A stretch of DNA of 64,000 nucleotides from a virus, in IMG/VR virus record IMGVR_UViG_3300002925_000022, positions 26,081 to 90,080 of that record; one strand, written 5' to 3'. The position numbers and the translations under genes were made by a program. Numbering within the stretch: position 1 is the first letter of the stretch; each line of letters begins with the position of its first letter. The notes below the pieces were generated by a model, which did not search any database, was not told the origin of the DNA, and saw nothing but the letters and a program-made list of their open reading frames with translations. Below are positions 39,314 to 49,047 of the stretch, one piece after another.

Positions 39314-40717
39314 ATGACCTACAGTTCCTTTCGTGAAAGATCAGACTTTTTGGCCGAAATCCAACGGGCGAATGACAAAATGAAGGGTTTGCTAAGCCGA
39401 ATCAAAGTGGCTTTGAACGAACAGGGGTACCCTCTTCAAAAGGATACATACCACTTTTTGACTAGGATCCTAGAACCCTCTAATCGGTCTGAGAGGACTC
39501 TGTTTATGCTTCTGTTTCAGTCTGTTTACAAGAGTGAACTCTTGTCGGCTGGAAGTTCTTACCTTGCAGTTCGGTTCGCCAATGAGTTCATCGAAGAACT
39601 CCTGAAGCACCCGGAACTCACTGCAAAGAACGAGGTGGAACTGATGAATGAGTTTGAGGAATTGGTTCTCAACCTAAACAGGCAGGTAACCTCAATGTCT
39701 TCTCCAGTCACAGAAGAGTGGTTGCGACAAGAAATCCAGAGAATCTGTGAAGACAATACCCTGGCAGAAGCAGTCTGGCAAGCCATTTCAGTGTCAGGAC
39801 TGGAAGGTAAGATCCACGTAGAAGATGGAAGCCTGGCCAACTATGTTGTCGAACAGAAATCGGGTTACTACTTCAACGCAATCAAACCATTCAAGTTCAT
39901 GCTTCCTAAGAGTGGTTTCTGGGAAGCTCAAAACGTCAAGGTGATGCTTGTGGACGGCATTTTGGAGAGAGTGTCCGAATTGGACAAAATCCTAAACGGT
40001 GCCATGCAAACCCAAATCCCCCTGTTCTTGATCGCTCATGGGTTTTCGGAGGAAATTATAGCCACCATCAAGGTGAATGTTGACTGCAACAAGTTCAACG
40101 TCATGCCAGTTCGTCTTTCTTCAGACCTGGAATCCCTCAACGTCCTCAATGATATTGCCGTTGTTTCTGGTTCTGATGTGGTATCAACCCTCAAAGGCCA
40201 GATGGTTTGTTTCACCCAGTTTGATACACTTCCAATTGTTGAAAAAGTGCGGCTTACCTCACAAGAACTGGCAATCGAAAATGCAAAAACGAGAAGATCT
40301 GTCTCCAATCACCTTCGAATGCTCCTTGAGAAAAGACAAGACCAGTCTCATTTCTTTGATATCTCCGACCTGATTGACCGAAGAATTCAAAGCCTAATCT
40401 CGGCCGCCGTCACTCTTCGTCTCCCCAATATGCCAGCTTCCAAACGAGATAACACCAAGGTCAAAATCGACGTCGCTCTCCGTAGCGCCAAAACCTTGCT
40501 CAATCACGGTAAGGTCAATCTTCAGAACCTAAAAGGTTCCCCAGCACCCCCTGGAAGCCTCCAGAAGACGTTCTGGAAGGCTCTGGAGAAGGTCCAAGGT
40601 GAAATTACTATCCTGCCTGCTCTCAGCGCTTATACGGGCGTTTACTTCGCCGGAAAGACCATTCTATCCATGCTGACAACAGGCGGCCTTGTCGTTCTGG
40701 AATCTGCCTCTTATTAG
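39314..40717 (+). CDS. Divergent chaperonin (Cpn60/GroEL-like)
   Basis: Apical-domain pattern GYYF...KVMLVDGILERVSELDKIL...PLFLIAHGFSEEIIAT...LNDIAVVSG and IDRRIQSL. No GDGTTT motif. Confidence 0.7.
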   Translation: MTYSSFRERSDFLAEIQRANDKMKGLLSRIKVALNEQGYPLQKDTYHFLTRILEPSNRSERTLFMLLFQSVYKSELLSAGSSYLAVRFANEFIEELLKHPELTAKNEVELMNEFEELVLNLNRQVTSMSSPVTEEWLRQEIQRICEDNTLAEAVWQAISVSGLEGKIHVEDGSLANYVVEQKSGYYFNAIKPFKFMLPKSGFWEAQNVKVMLVDGILERVSELDKILNGAMQTQIPLFLIAHGFSEEIIATIKVNVDCNKFNVMPVRLSSDLESLNVLNDIAVVSGSDVVSTLKGQMVCFTQFDTLPIVEKVRLTSQELAIENAKTRRSVSNHLRMLLEKRQDQSHFFDISDLIDRRIQSLISAAVTLRLPNMPASKRDNTKVKIDVALRSAKTLLNHGKVNLQNLKGSPAPPGSLQKTFWKALEKVQGEITILPALSAYTGVYFAGKTILSMLTTGGLVVLESASY

Positions 40718-41511
40718 AGCAAAGCCTTCATAACAGCTGCCACCGCTTGCGGGTCTTTGACCCAGGGAGCCAAAGCTCTGGCAACCTTCGCTTTGATAAT
40801 TTGCCCCGCTTCTGTCCCAGTTAATGGAACTGAAGAGGTTGATGGGACTGATGGAATTGCTGTTGTACCAACAGCCTGAGCAGCTGCTTGATCAATCTGA
40901 GCTTGCGGCATAACGGCTGGAACCTTACCAACCTTTGATAGCCTTTCCAGTTCGTCATAGGTTAGGGTACACAATTCCTTAGCCAGTTGAACGTTGTCAA
41001 TGTACGGAATGTTTGAACTGGAGAACAACCTCTTCAAAAATCCGCCGGTCTTCTCCTGTTCAAGTGCCTGTTGGAAAGCAGGCATGGCTTTGGTCCCCAC
41101 TGGTTGATCTGGATTTGTCCTGGCACTAGCAAAGATCCTGGACCGGAGCAAAACCGGAAGGTCTTGCCGCAGGAAGGCTGTGAGGTGCTGATAGAAAGCC
41201 ATCGCTTTCCCCAGCATAACGCTGGTCTTATTTGGGTTATTTCCGGCCTTCCCGGAAACAAGTTTGATCAATTCGGCTTCAGCAGCATCCAAGCCTGCTT
41301 GAACACTTCTCAACTTGGGCAAAAACTCCGAAAGAGCTTCCTCAACACCGTTCATGGAGTCCACAATTCGAGAAATTGTGGCCGTATCCAATTTTTCCGC
41401 AATCAGGTAGTAGGACTCAAGGAGTTGTTTTGCCTCCATGAAAGCAGTCGCTTGTTCTTTGACCTTCCTTCTCATATACTCTTCTTTGAGGGTTAAACTC
41501 TTCTCGGTCAT
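40714..41511 (-). CDS. Hypothetical protein
   Basis: 265 aa; upstream TATTTA at 41548-41553. Confidence 0.55.
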   Translation of the reverse strand: MTEKSLTLKEEYMRRKVKEQATAFMEAKQLLESYYLIAEKLDTATISRIVDSMNGVEEALSEFLPKLRSVQAGLDAAEAELIKLVSGKAGNNPNKTSVMLGKAMAFYQHLTAFLRQDLPVLLRSRIFASARTNPDQPVGTKAMPAFQQALEQEKTGGFLKRLFSSSNIPYIDNVQLAKELCTLTYDELERLSKVGKVPAVMPQAQIDQAAAQAVGTTAIPSVPSTSSVPLTGTEAGQIIKAKVARALAPWVKDPQAVAAVMKALL

Positions 41512-41578
41512 GGTGGTGTATTCCCGCCTTCGTTTGTGTTACCCTGATAAATAGACCCCGGAAAGGAAACTTGCGTTT

Positions 41579-42286
41579 ATGCCGTTGGAAATCAAGGTTA
41601 GACCAGCTCTTACTGTTGAAGAATTGGAAAATCTCAAAAAAGAACGTGAGTCCGTCGATAATGCTGCAAAGAAGAAGGAGATGTCACGGATCGTCAAAGG
41701 CAACCTCCAGGCCAAGGTTGATGCAGCCAAAGCTAAAACTGATCGGTTCCACCTTCCCGTTCTTCATATCAACGACCCAACCCAATGGCCATCTCAGCCA
41801 ACCGAAAACCGCCCAAGGTTCACAGATGATGTCGCTTACAAGACCTGCCTTGGAAACTGTTGTGGTGTAGAAGGACTCAAAGCTGGCTGTTGTCAAATGG
41901 ACCCGGACGACATGGAACATGTCCTGGGCCCTCTTGATGAAGAGTGGATTAAAGATATCGTCGCTTGGTTGCGGCGAAAAGGAATCGCTGCATCCAGAGC
42001 TGATGTGGTCATTGATTGGGAAGAAGGTAAAATCATTGGTGAAAAGTTCTTCAACGGCGAAAGGAAAGCTGTCTTCTTGGCTAAAGAAAGTTATCCCATT
42101 TTGCGGTTCCAAGTGTTTGGTCCAAGATTTGCTTGTAAGTTTTTAAACCCTACAAATGGGAAATGTTCTATCTATGAAAAGAGGCCCAATATGTGTCGCG
42201 GGTACCTCTGTCAGTACGTCAAAGCCAATTTCCTGATACGAATGGATCCTGTAAATCACCCGCACACATACACCAAGTTTCGATGA
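41579..42286 (+). CDS. YkgJ-family cysteine-cluster protein
   Basis: CLGNC...AGCC...CKFLNPTNGKCSIYEKRPNMCRGYLC. Confidence 0.85.
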   Translation: MPLEIKVRPALTVEELENLKKERESVDNAAKKKEMSRIVKGNLQAKVDAAKAKTDRFHLPVLHINDPTQWPSQPTENRPRFTDDVAYKTCLGNCCGVEGLKAGCCQMDPDDMEHVLGPLDEEWIKDIVAWLRRKGIAASRADVVIDWEEGKIIGEKFFNGERKAVFLAKESYPILRFQVFGPRFACKFLNPTNGKCSIYEKRPNMCRGYLCQYVKANFLIRMDPVNHPHTYTKFR

Positions 42287-42313
42287 TGCTAAGAGGAAAC
42301 CAAGGATGTCATC

Positions 42314-42841
42314 ATGAACGAAATCGCAAAAGGAGTCCCTCCATTATGGAAGAACGCCATTGGCGAAAGTTTTACCCAGGAACACGTCTTCAACTGGGCG
42401 GCCAACACAAAGAGAAACCTTGAGGCCGATTGCCAAGTGATCATTGGCACCGATTCGCACATGCACGGATGGTTCTTTCGGTTCATCACCGTCATCTGTG
42501 TCTATCGGGTCGGTAAGGGTGGAAACTACTATTACCTGGAAACATCTGAACCTCGTGGCAACTACATCCAAGTCACTCGTGGCAAGAAATTCAAAGGCAA
42601 CCAGAAACTCCGTATGTTCAATGAGGTAGCAAAATCTGTTGAACTCGCCATAAATCTCTTTGACCATACTGGAATACTCCCTGTAATCCATATCGATGCT
42701 TCCCCCGCTCACCGGAAAAAGTTTACCTCCGAATTCAGTGACCAACTCAAGGGTTACGTCACAAACAACGGCTTTGAATGCGTCCTAAAACCTAATTCAT
42801 TTGTCGCTAATGCTATAGCCGATAAACACTCAAAAGGTTGA
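42314..42841 (+). CDS. RNase H-like protein (YkuK/DUF458)
   Basis: IIGTDSH...ITVICVYRVGKGG...RMFNEVAKS...IHID...KPNSFVANAIADKH. Confidence 0.85.
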   Translation: MNEIAKGVPPLWKNAIGESFTQEHVFNWAANTKRNLEADCQVIIGTDSHMHGWFFRFITVICVYRVGKGGNYYYLETSEPRGNYIQVTRGKKFKGNQKLRMFNEVAKSVELAINLFDHTGILPVIHIDASPAHRKKFTSEFSDQLKGYVTNNGFECVLKPNSFVANAIADKHSKG

Positions 42842-42943
42842 TCCTGGACACACTTCAACCCTTCCTAGGAAAATAAAGAATTCTCTTCATCCAATTCCAG
42901 AAATCTATAAACACAATCAAATACCTGAAAGAAGGAACCATTC

Positions 42944-43252
42944 ATGCCAACAGAAACAGATGCACGGGCAAAACTGGAAACCGCCATTGAACGTGAAGTC
43001 TACAAATTCGTATCCCAGCTGAAAGAACACATGTACGACTACACCATGATCTACCTCAATCGAACCCAGTCCGACATTGATCGTGTAGTCGCCGACCGGA
43101 TCCTACAGGTCGCCAAGAATGCCGTCGAAGACGGTTTCATGACTAAGGTGGACTTCTTCAAAAAGGCTATCGATGAACCCTTGGACCATTTCACGGAGAC
43201 CGATTCAAACCCTTTGCCACTTGGAGAGTCAGGGAAGAAGGAGAAAAGATAA
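42944..43252 (+). CDS. Hypothetical protein
   Basis: 102 aa with an AGAAGGAA RBS. Confidence 0.55.
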   Translation: MPTETDARAKLETAIEREVYKFVSQLKEHMYDYTMIYLNRTQSDIDRVVADRILQVAKNAVEDGFMTKVDFFKKAIDEPLDHFTETDSNPLPLGESGKKEKR

Positions 43253-43346
43253 CCAAAACTCTCCAAACCAAAAAAACTATCAAAAAAGCTAAACTGGCCC
43301 TTTCAGGTGGCTTGATGATGGTTTTCATAATGATTGCCTCTCTCTT

Positions 43347-43853
43347 GTGGGTAAGGAACTGAGAATGGCTCCCCCTCCTACTGCTGTTGGGTACATAAAG
43401 CACCTCGTCGAGTGCAATTGCCTTCTCCCACAGTTCAAACACTCCGACCCCCCAAAATGGCATCACTTCGTTGTCTTTTCAGAACTTGACCAAAATGGTA
43501 ATGTAATCCCTTCGTTTGTTCAGTGCAATAACTGCGGAATCATTCATAAGGTGGTCGAAGTCTGTGTGTCCTCCATCTTAAAGCGAGATAACCTCCCAAG
43601 CTTGGTGACCCGTGAGGAGTTGCTGGACCTACTCCCAGAAAAGCTCCAGAAAGACTTGGAAAAATACAAACTAGACCTCCCTACCCTCCAGGAAATTGCC
43701 TGGATTCGAAACCATCAAGCCTGGGGTAAATCCGTCCTCCTTACCAAGGATGAAGTAGATGGAATCATCGTCGGAAAATACCTCCTGTTGCTCGGTGATA
43801 CTCTCTGGAAAATAAACTCTTTCCAGGACGGTGGAGAAGAAGAAAATGAATGA
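43347..43853 (+). CDS. Hypothetical Zn-binding protein
   Basis: HLVECNC...QCNNCGIIHKVVEVC. Confidence 0.55.
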   Translation: MGKELRMAPPPTAVGYIKHLVECNCLLPQFKHSDPPKWHHFVVFSELDQNGNVIPSFVQCNNCGIIHKVVEVCVSSILKRDNLPSLVTREELLDLLPEKLQKDLEKYKLDLPTLQEIAWIRNHQAWGKSVLLTKDEVDGIIVGKYLLLLGDTLWKINSFQDGGEEENE

Positions 43854-44181
43854 CAAAGATCAAATCCCCGAAGAAAATGATACCCCTTATATCCAACCCA
43901 ATATCGATATTGAACTCCCTAAGGAGAAAAGACAAACTTGTCGGGAAATTGTAGCCGAAATCAAAAACTTCGGCGTCAACCAACGCCAAATCCTTTTCCT
44001 CATTCAACTCCTCGCAATGGAACTGGAAAATAATGAGGCAATGAAAACAATCGTTCGTGCCGTCGGTTCCGTTCGAAACAATATCCCCCCCGGAAATAAA
44101 CTCATTGTCCCTTCTGATCCAAAACAACAACGCCTAACTGCTTTCAACCCGCCACCCCCATCTGCCCTCATCAAACCATAA
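43831..44181 (+). CDS. Hypothetical protein
   Basis: 116 aa, overlapping the upstream ORF (likely start at 43846). Confidence 0.55.
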   Translation: MEKKKMNDKDQIPEENDTPYIQPNIDIELPKEKRQTCREIVAEIKNFGVNQRQILFLIQLLAMELENNEAMKTIVRAVGSVRNNIPPGNKLIVPSDPKQQRLTAFNPPPPSALIKP

Positions 44182-44404
44182 TCAATTGCCCCCCTCCTTT
44201 TCTCACCCCCTCTTCCAATTCCTAACCATTCCCGTTCTGGTCATACTGCTATCCCACCACACTCAAACCATACTCCTGTCCTTCCCCAAATCCCCTAAGT
44301 GATTCATATACCCAAAACATGCCGGGCAAATAATACACTTTTACCTTCAAAACGTAACCAACCCCCTCTTCTCTTCTCTGAAATACCCATAACAGGACCG
44401 TTCC

Positions 44405-44689
44405 CTATCTCTTCTTAATGCAAATCAACCGTACCGGCTTCTCGTACTCTGGAACCACCCACATAACCTCCCCATAAATCGATCGTTCCCCATCCCGGGC
44501 AACCCTCCATAGATCCAAATGCCGTTCATAATCTAACTTCTGACTCCGAAGAGAACCGTCTTCATTCAGGAATTGAATGAAATGCATGTCCACCTCCAGG
44601 TAAAATCCCTCTGGTGTCCTGCGGAATGTCTTCTGAACCGAAGTCGTCATCTTGCCAAGTGTTCGAGGTAGCTTAAGGGTCGCCATCAT
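44405..44689 (-). CDS. Hypothetical protein
   Basis: 94 aa with an upstream AGAGG RBS. Confidence 0.45.
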   Translation of the reverse strand: MMATLKLPRTLGKMTTSVQKTFRRTPEGFYLEVDMHFIQFLNEDGSLRSQKLDYERHLDLWRVARDGERSIYGEVMWVVPEYEKPVRLICIKKR

Positions 44690-44698
44690 CCTCTATTT

Positions 44699-45058
44699 CT
44701 ACCTTTTATCTTGCGGAATGTCCAAAACAGAACTCACTCGATTCCATGGAAACCAAAGAATAGGTGCATCCGCAACAAGCAAAACCCGGTAGATCAAGTA
44801 ACACTCTTGACCCCCATTATCCTCCATGCAAAAGTTCCCTAAAGTCGAAGCGTCCATGTGTTCTAATACCATACCGTATAGTTCCTCCCCCCCGTCATGT
44901 GCTGGTACCAAAGTCATTAAGTCCAAACTAGCTAGCCCCCTCGGCCAATAAACCTGTTCCGGCCTCCTATGCCCAGCCGCTTCCCATCGCCCTCCTTTAT
45001 TCATCAAAACAGTTTCAACCCTCACCAATGTCCCAACCGGTATTGGATGAACCATCAA
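44699..45058 (-). CDS. Hypothetical small beta-barrel (KOW/SH3-like) protein
   Basis: PVGTLVRV...YGMVLE...YRVLL...WFP pattern. Confidence 0.45.
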   Translation of the reverse strand: MMVHPIPVGTLVRVETVLMNKGGRWEAAGHRRPEQVYWPRGLASLDLMTLVPAHDGGEELYGMVLEHMDASTLGNFCMEDNGGQECYLIYRVLLVADAPILWFPWNRVSSVLDIPQDKR

Positions 45059-45145
45059 TTTCTACCCTTCATAAAATAAATACACCATTCTTGGCCATTC
45101 TTTGCCCCTTCTACCATAACCACACTCTGGTTACCTACCCCCACC

Positions 45146-45730
45146 ATGGCCCCTCCACCCAAACCCCATAAATGCAATTTCTGCGGCATAGAAGACCCTT
45201 CCGCCTTCTACCCTCGCCTCAAATCTAAATGCATCAAATGCATGAAAATCACCCGGCAAGCCCGCTATATCCTCGAATTTGAAGAAAACCAATCCCTCCT
45301 CGGCCAATCCAAAATCTGTGCCTCCTGCAAAATGGAACTCCCTATCTCTATGTTCAAACCACAAAACAATAACTGTAAACCCTGCATCTCCCAAAAACAG
45401 AAAATAAGACGAATGCAAAACTACACCTATCATATGTGGAAAAATGCCAAATATCGGGCCGCCAAAAAAGGAATCGAGTTCACCATTACCCCAGATGATA
45501 TCCGTATCCCCCAAACTTGCCCCGTCCTCGGTATCCCCCTCTCTATCTCCTCCTCTACCCCCGGTAGACACCCCAATTCCCCTTCCCTTGATCGCATCGA
45601 TAACTCTAAAGGCTATACCCCCTCCAATATCCAAGTCATCTCCTGGAGAGCTAATAGCATTAAAACCGATGCCACCCCCGCCGAAATCCGTAAAGTCCTC
45701 GCTTACATGGAAGGTAACCCCCTCTTCTAA
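45146..45730 (+). CDS. HNH-type homing endonuclease with N-terminal Zn-finger repeats
   Basis: CNFC...CIKC, CASC...CKPC, CPVLGIPL...SLDRIDNSKGYTPSNIQVISWRANSIK. Confidence 0.8.
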   Translation: MAPPPKPHKCNFCGIEDPSAFYPRLKSKCIKCMKITRQARYILEFEENQSLLGQSKICASCKMELPISMFKPQNNNCKPCISQKQKIRRMQNYTYHMWKNAKYRAAKKGIEFTITPDDIRIPQTCPVLGIPLSISSSTPGRHPNSPSLDRIDNSKGYTPSNIQVISWRANSIKTDATPAEIRKVLAYMEGNPLF

Positions 45731-46120
45731 AAACATCCCCCCACCCACCACACACACATACCCTTCATCTTCCCCCTGCCTGCTTTTCTAGTCTACCTCC
45801 CCTTATCTTCCCCAATCCCCAACAATACCCTCCCCCTAACCCACGTTTGCCCAAATCCCCCAAAATTTTCCCAAAATTTTCTTCCCCCTGCATAGGGGTC
45901 TGCCCTGCAAATCTCGTGCCGGACCCCCCACACATGTTGGCGGGCCTGGGGGAGCTGGTAGGGCCCCCCTACCCCCCCCATGGGCAAATAATCCCCCCTA
46001 CTGTTAGCCCCCAGTATAAACAGCTATCCCCCCTTGTCAATGGGGGGGGACAAAATAAAATGTCAAGAGAAATCCGCCCCCCTAAACGGGGGCTTGACAG
46101 TTATCCCCCCCCCCTGGCCC

Positions 46121-46594
46121 TCAGAGCCCCGCCTCGCGCAGGGCCTCTGCGATCACACCGCACAGACGGCGGTGCTCGGCGTCGCGCGCGATCCGCCAGG
46201 CGTTGGTATAACCGGCGGCGGCCGCGTAGGCCGCCGCGTAGGCGGTGTCGACGGCCGCAAAGGTGGCGTATGCGCCGTCGCCGCAAGCGTTTGCAGCAAC
46301 GTCGACGGCCGCTGCGGCGGCCGCAGCGTAGGCGTCTGCGGCAACGTTGGCCTCGTCAGCGGCGGACTTGCACTCCTCCACCGTCGCCTCTCCTCGCACC
46401 AAACGTTCGGCGGCCTCGATAGCCTGGAGGGGCCGAGCATCACCCTCGGGCACGAAGCGAAGGGCCTCTCGCGCCACCTTGCATGATAGGACCAACCCCA
46501 ATCGGGGAGACTTCTTTGTGATCGATCGAAGCACCATCCCCGCATCCGACTGGCCCAGGACACAGTCAGGACCAAAATTGGTAATGTGGTACAT
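46121..46594 (-). CDS. Imm5-like Ala-rich helical protein, copy 1
   Basis: CKVAREALRFVPEGDARPLQAIEAAERLVRGE followed by Ala/Tyr-rich helices; has its own promoter and RBS. Confidence 0.65.
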   Translation of the reverse strand: MYHITNFGPDCVLGQSDAGMVLRSITKKSPRLGLVLSCKVAREALRFVPEGDARPLQAIEAAERLVRGEATVEECKSAADEANVAADAYAAAAAAAVDVAANACGDGAYATFAAVDTAYAAAYAAAAGYTNAWRIARDAEHRRLCGVIAEALREAGL

Positions 46595-46684
46595 CTTTAT
46601 TCCTTCCTTTCTTCCTTCCTTTATAGGACATCTGCCTTTTAATCATGGTACACCGGGCGTCAACCCGGTGCGCCTGATCACAGA

Positions 46685-47263
46685 TCACAGGGCCTCTGCG
46701 ATCACACCGCACAGACGGCGGTGCTCGGCGCGACGGAAGGCCAGGGCCGCAGAACCGGAACAATCCGCATCGTCGTACCGGCGCACGGCTGTCGCGGCCC
46801 GTGCGGCCACAATACGATCGATCAGGTTCTCGGCGCTCCTGGCCGCCTGGTCGGCATAGATCTTGCGGCCGACCTCATCGGCCGCAAGCTCGCCGCTGAC
46901 AACCTCGTAGGCGAGCGCCGAGGCCGCCGCAGCGGCATAGGCGGCTTGTCCGGCCGCCAAGAGCGCGGTGCGCCGCCGATCCTTCGCCCGGCGGCAAAAC
47001 CCGTAAGCGATTGCGGCCGCCGCGTTAGCGGCGAGCATACCACCGTAGGGGGTCTCGCCACCGCCGAGCAAGCTCTCGGCGGCCTCGATTGCCCGGAGGG
47101 GCCGCTGCTCGTCCCCGGGGACGAGGGGCAGAAGCTCGCGTGCAAGGCTGCACGCGATTTGTGCCCCCAGACGGGGGCTTTGGGCCACGATGGCCCTCAA
47201 GGCCATCCCCGCATCCGACTGGCCCAGGGCCCAGTCAGGACCAAAATTGGTAATGTGGTTCAT
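46685..47263 (-). CDS. Imm5-like Ala-rich helical protein, copy 2
   Basis: RPLRAIEAAE motif; 5' and 3' ends nearly identical to copy 1. Confidence 0.65.
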   Translation of the reverse strand: MNHITNFGPDWALGQSDAGMALRAIVAQSPRLGAQIACSLARELLPLVPGDEQRPLRAIEAAESLLGGGETPYGGMLAANAAAAIAYGFCRRAKDRRRTALLAAGQAAYAAAAASALAYEVVSGELAADEVGRKIYADQAARSAENLIDRIVAARAATAVRRYDDADCSGSAALAFRRAEHRRLCGVIAEAL

Positions 47264-47379
47264 CGTTCTTCCTTTCTTCCTTTCTTGGACGTCTACCTTT
47301 TAATCACGGTACGCCGGGCGTCAACTGGGTCCGAGGACAAATTTCGCTGGCGGGCGTCAATGAAGGGGTTATGCCCCCG

Positions 47380-47480
47380 CCCCTAAATCGTCCCCTAATC
47401 CCCACCCCTTCCCCCACTCTAATCCCCTATAAAGAGGGTAAAATCCCCTCTTTAATCCCCCGCTTACCCCCTGTCAATCC
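47380..47480. repeat. (T/A)AATCCCC repeats and hairpin
   Basis: Motif at 47396, 47420, 47441 and 47453; AAAGAGGG-N7-CCCTCTTT stem at 47431-47453 (possible terminator). Confidence 0.55.
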
Positions 47481-47536
47481 CTCCTACTAGGTGATCCCCC
47501 AGTAGTAGGGGGGTTGTCCCCTCCACTAGTCCCCCG

Positions 47537-48562
47537 TCAGTCGGGGAGCGCAGCGGCGATGCGGGCGCGGAAATACTGACGATCGTCAGTGGACAGCCCC
47601 GCGAACGGTCCCTGGTCCTCAGGGTAAATCGCATCATAGCTAACTACCGGCTCTGGAAGGCCTGTGAGTTCGGCAAGGGGCTGGTACGTATTTCGCATAT
47701 AGCCCTTACCCCTCAGGGTGGTGAGGGTAGCCGCCGGGTACCGGCGGCGGAAATCGGAAATCAGCACCGGGACGGCGCTCAGCGCACACCCGACGGCGTT
47801 GGCGATTTCGCCAACCGAAACCGGTCGACCGAGCTTTGCTCGCTCGTCGAGGAGACGAGCGAGCAAAGCGTATTTAAGTTCCGCTGCATTTTTGCGGTAC
47901 CCCTGGACGGGCGCGACCGTCCGGGTGACCTGGACTCGGCTAGTCTCAACAAAGTTGAGACAAAATCGAACCCAGGGCAAAATCTGCTCGGGTTCGATCG
48001 TACCGTGGTGGTGGCGGTACTCCACGGTTCCGTGACGCTCGTAAGCGAGCAAATTAAGTTTATAGTATCGCTCGGGCATGCGGCGCGCGATCGCTGCGGC
48101 GGAATCTGTAGGGGCGGTACGGCAAAATGTCTCCTCCAAGGAGATGAGGCTCTTGCAAAATCGATTGCAAGATTGCCGCCGCGACGGCGTCATCAACTGG
48201 TCGAGTTCGATTTCATGTCGGGCGTAGCGCCCGACCAAGTGTGCAAGTGTAGGACCATTGAGGTCCTCCGCGTCCACATGCACGTGGAGGCCACACTGTT
48301 CGTCCGGGCGGGCTCCAACCGCCCGGAGGGCAACAAGGGCCTTGAGGAGGGCCGTAAAGCCCTCCTCCCCACGGATCGGCGGGGAGACCAGCTCGTACCC
48401 CCCATCAACAGAGGAATCAGGCACCACTTTCCAGTGGTGCCGGGATTTGTGGTTATAGCTCTCGACCTCGCAGTCGAGGTCGAATTGTTTGAGGGTCGCG
48501 GCGACAGCGGCCGCCTGCGCCCCCTTGAACTCGATTTCGACCCCGAACTTCCGATTGTTCAT
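47537..48562 (-). CDS. Amidoligase (Amidoligase_2 / COOH-NH2 ligase) with C-terminal winged HTH
   Basis: RKFGVEIEF, WKVVPDSSV..GYELVSPP, CGLHVHV, RYYKLNL..GTVEYRHH; C-terminal VSVGEIANAVG...ISDFRR...TLRGKGY. Confidence 0.85.
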   Translation of the reverse strand: MNNRKFGVEIEFKGAQAAAVAATLKQFDLDCEVESYNHKSRHHWKVVPDSSVDGGYELVSPPIRGEEGFTALLKALVALRAVGARPDEQCGLHVHVDAEDLNGPTLAHLVGRYARHEIELDQLMTPSRRQSCNRFCKSLISLEETFCRTAPTDSAAAIARRMPERYYKLNLLAYERHGTVEYRHHHGTIEPEQILPWVRFCLNFVETSRVQVTRTVAPVQGYRKNAAELKYALLARLLDERAKLGRPVSVGEIANAVGCALSAVPVLISDFRRRYPAATLTTLRGKGYMRNTYQPLAELTGLPEPVVSYDAIYPEDQGPFAGLSTDDRQYFRARIAAALPD

Positions 48563-48588
48563 CCTCTTTCTTCCTTTCTTCGAGGGGG

Positions 48589-48617
48589 AATCTAACCCAG
48601 CGGGGGGGGACCGTCAA
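48589..48617 (-). promoter_or_regulatory. sigma70-type early promoter (TTGACG-17-TAGATT)
   Basis: Poly-C spacer; followed by an AAGAAAGGAAGAAAGAGG RBS upstream of the amidoligase. Confidence 0.75.
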
Positions 48618-48635
48618 GCCCCCGACAGGGGGGGA

Positions 48636-48986
48636 TCAACCGCAGGCGATCAGCCGGGTGACCCCGGCCACCCGGCCTTGTGCGTCACGGATGGCCCCGT
48701 CTCCGGGGCCTGTCGCTGGGGCGAAAACATCGCCCCGTCCCGATCCCCGGAGCGCCTCAAGGACCACCCCCGAGACGAGGTAAATCATCCCCTCCACCGG
48801 GGAGGGGAGGCCCTCAACCTGGCCCCAGACAGGGGCCGAGAGGACCGGGACGGGCAGTCCCGGGAACGACTGCTCCTCCCGGGGGAGCGTCGCCACTCGT
48901 GCGACACCCGAGCTTGGGAGGGTAAGCACCTCCCCAGTGGGGAGGTGGAGGGCAATCGAGTGGGGGGTGAGATTGACCAACTTCAT
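48636..48986 (-). CDS. NLTPH-motif phage protein of unknown function
   Basis: MKLVNLTPH...PSSGVARV...LVSGVVL...DVFAPATG...RDAQGRV; has its own promoter and RBS. Confidence 0.65.
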   Translation of the reverse strand: MKLVNLTPHSIALHLPTGEVLTLPSSGVARVATLPREEQSFPGLPVPVLSAPVWGQVEGLPSPVEGMIYLVSGVVLEALRGSGRGDVFAPATGPGDGAIRDAQGRVAGVTRLIACG

Positions 48987-49018
48987 TTTTCCTTCCTTTC
49001 TTTCTTTCTTCGAGGGGG

Positions 49019-49047
49019 ATTCTAAACAGCGGGGGGGGGACCGTCAA
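49019..49047 (-). promoter_or_regulatory. sigma70-type early promoter (TTGACG-17-TAGAAT)
   Basis: Near-identical to the 48589-48617 promoter, including the downstream CCCCCTCGAAGAAAG. Confidence 0.75.

Noticed and set aside
45131-45757. 208-aa Gly-rich - strand ORF
   Set aside because: Antisense shadow of the HNH gene, produced by the extreme C bias.
45847-48595. Long Arg/Pro/Gly-rich + strand ORFs (45847-46422, 46721-47386, 48005-48595 and others)
   Set aside because: Shadow frames of GC-rich - strand genes that have clear motifs, promoters and RBSs.
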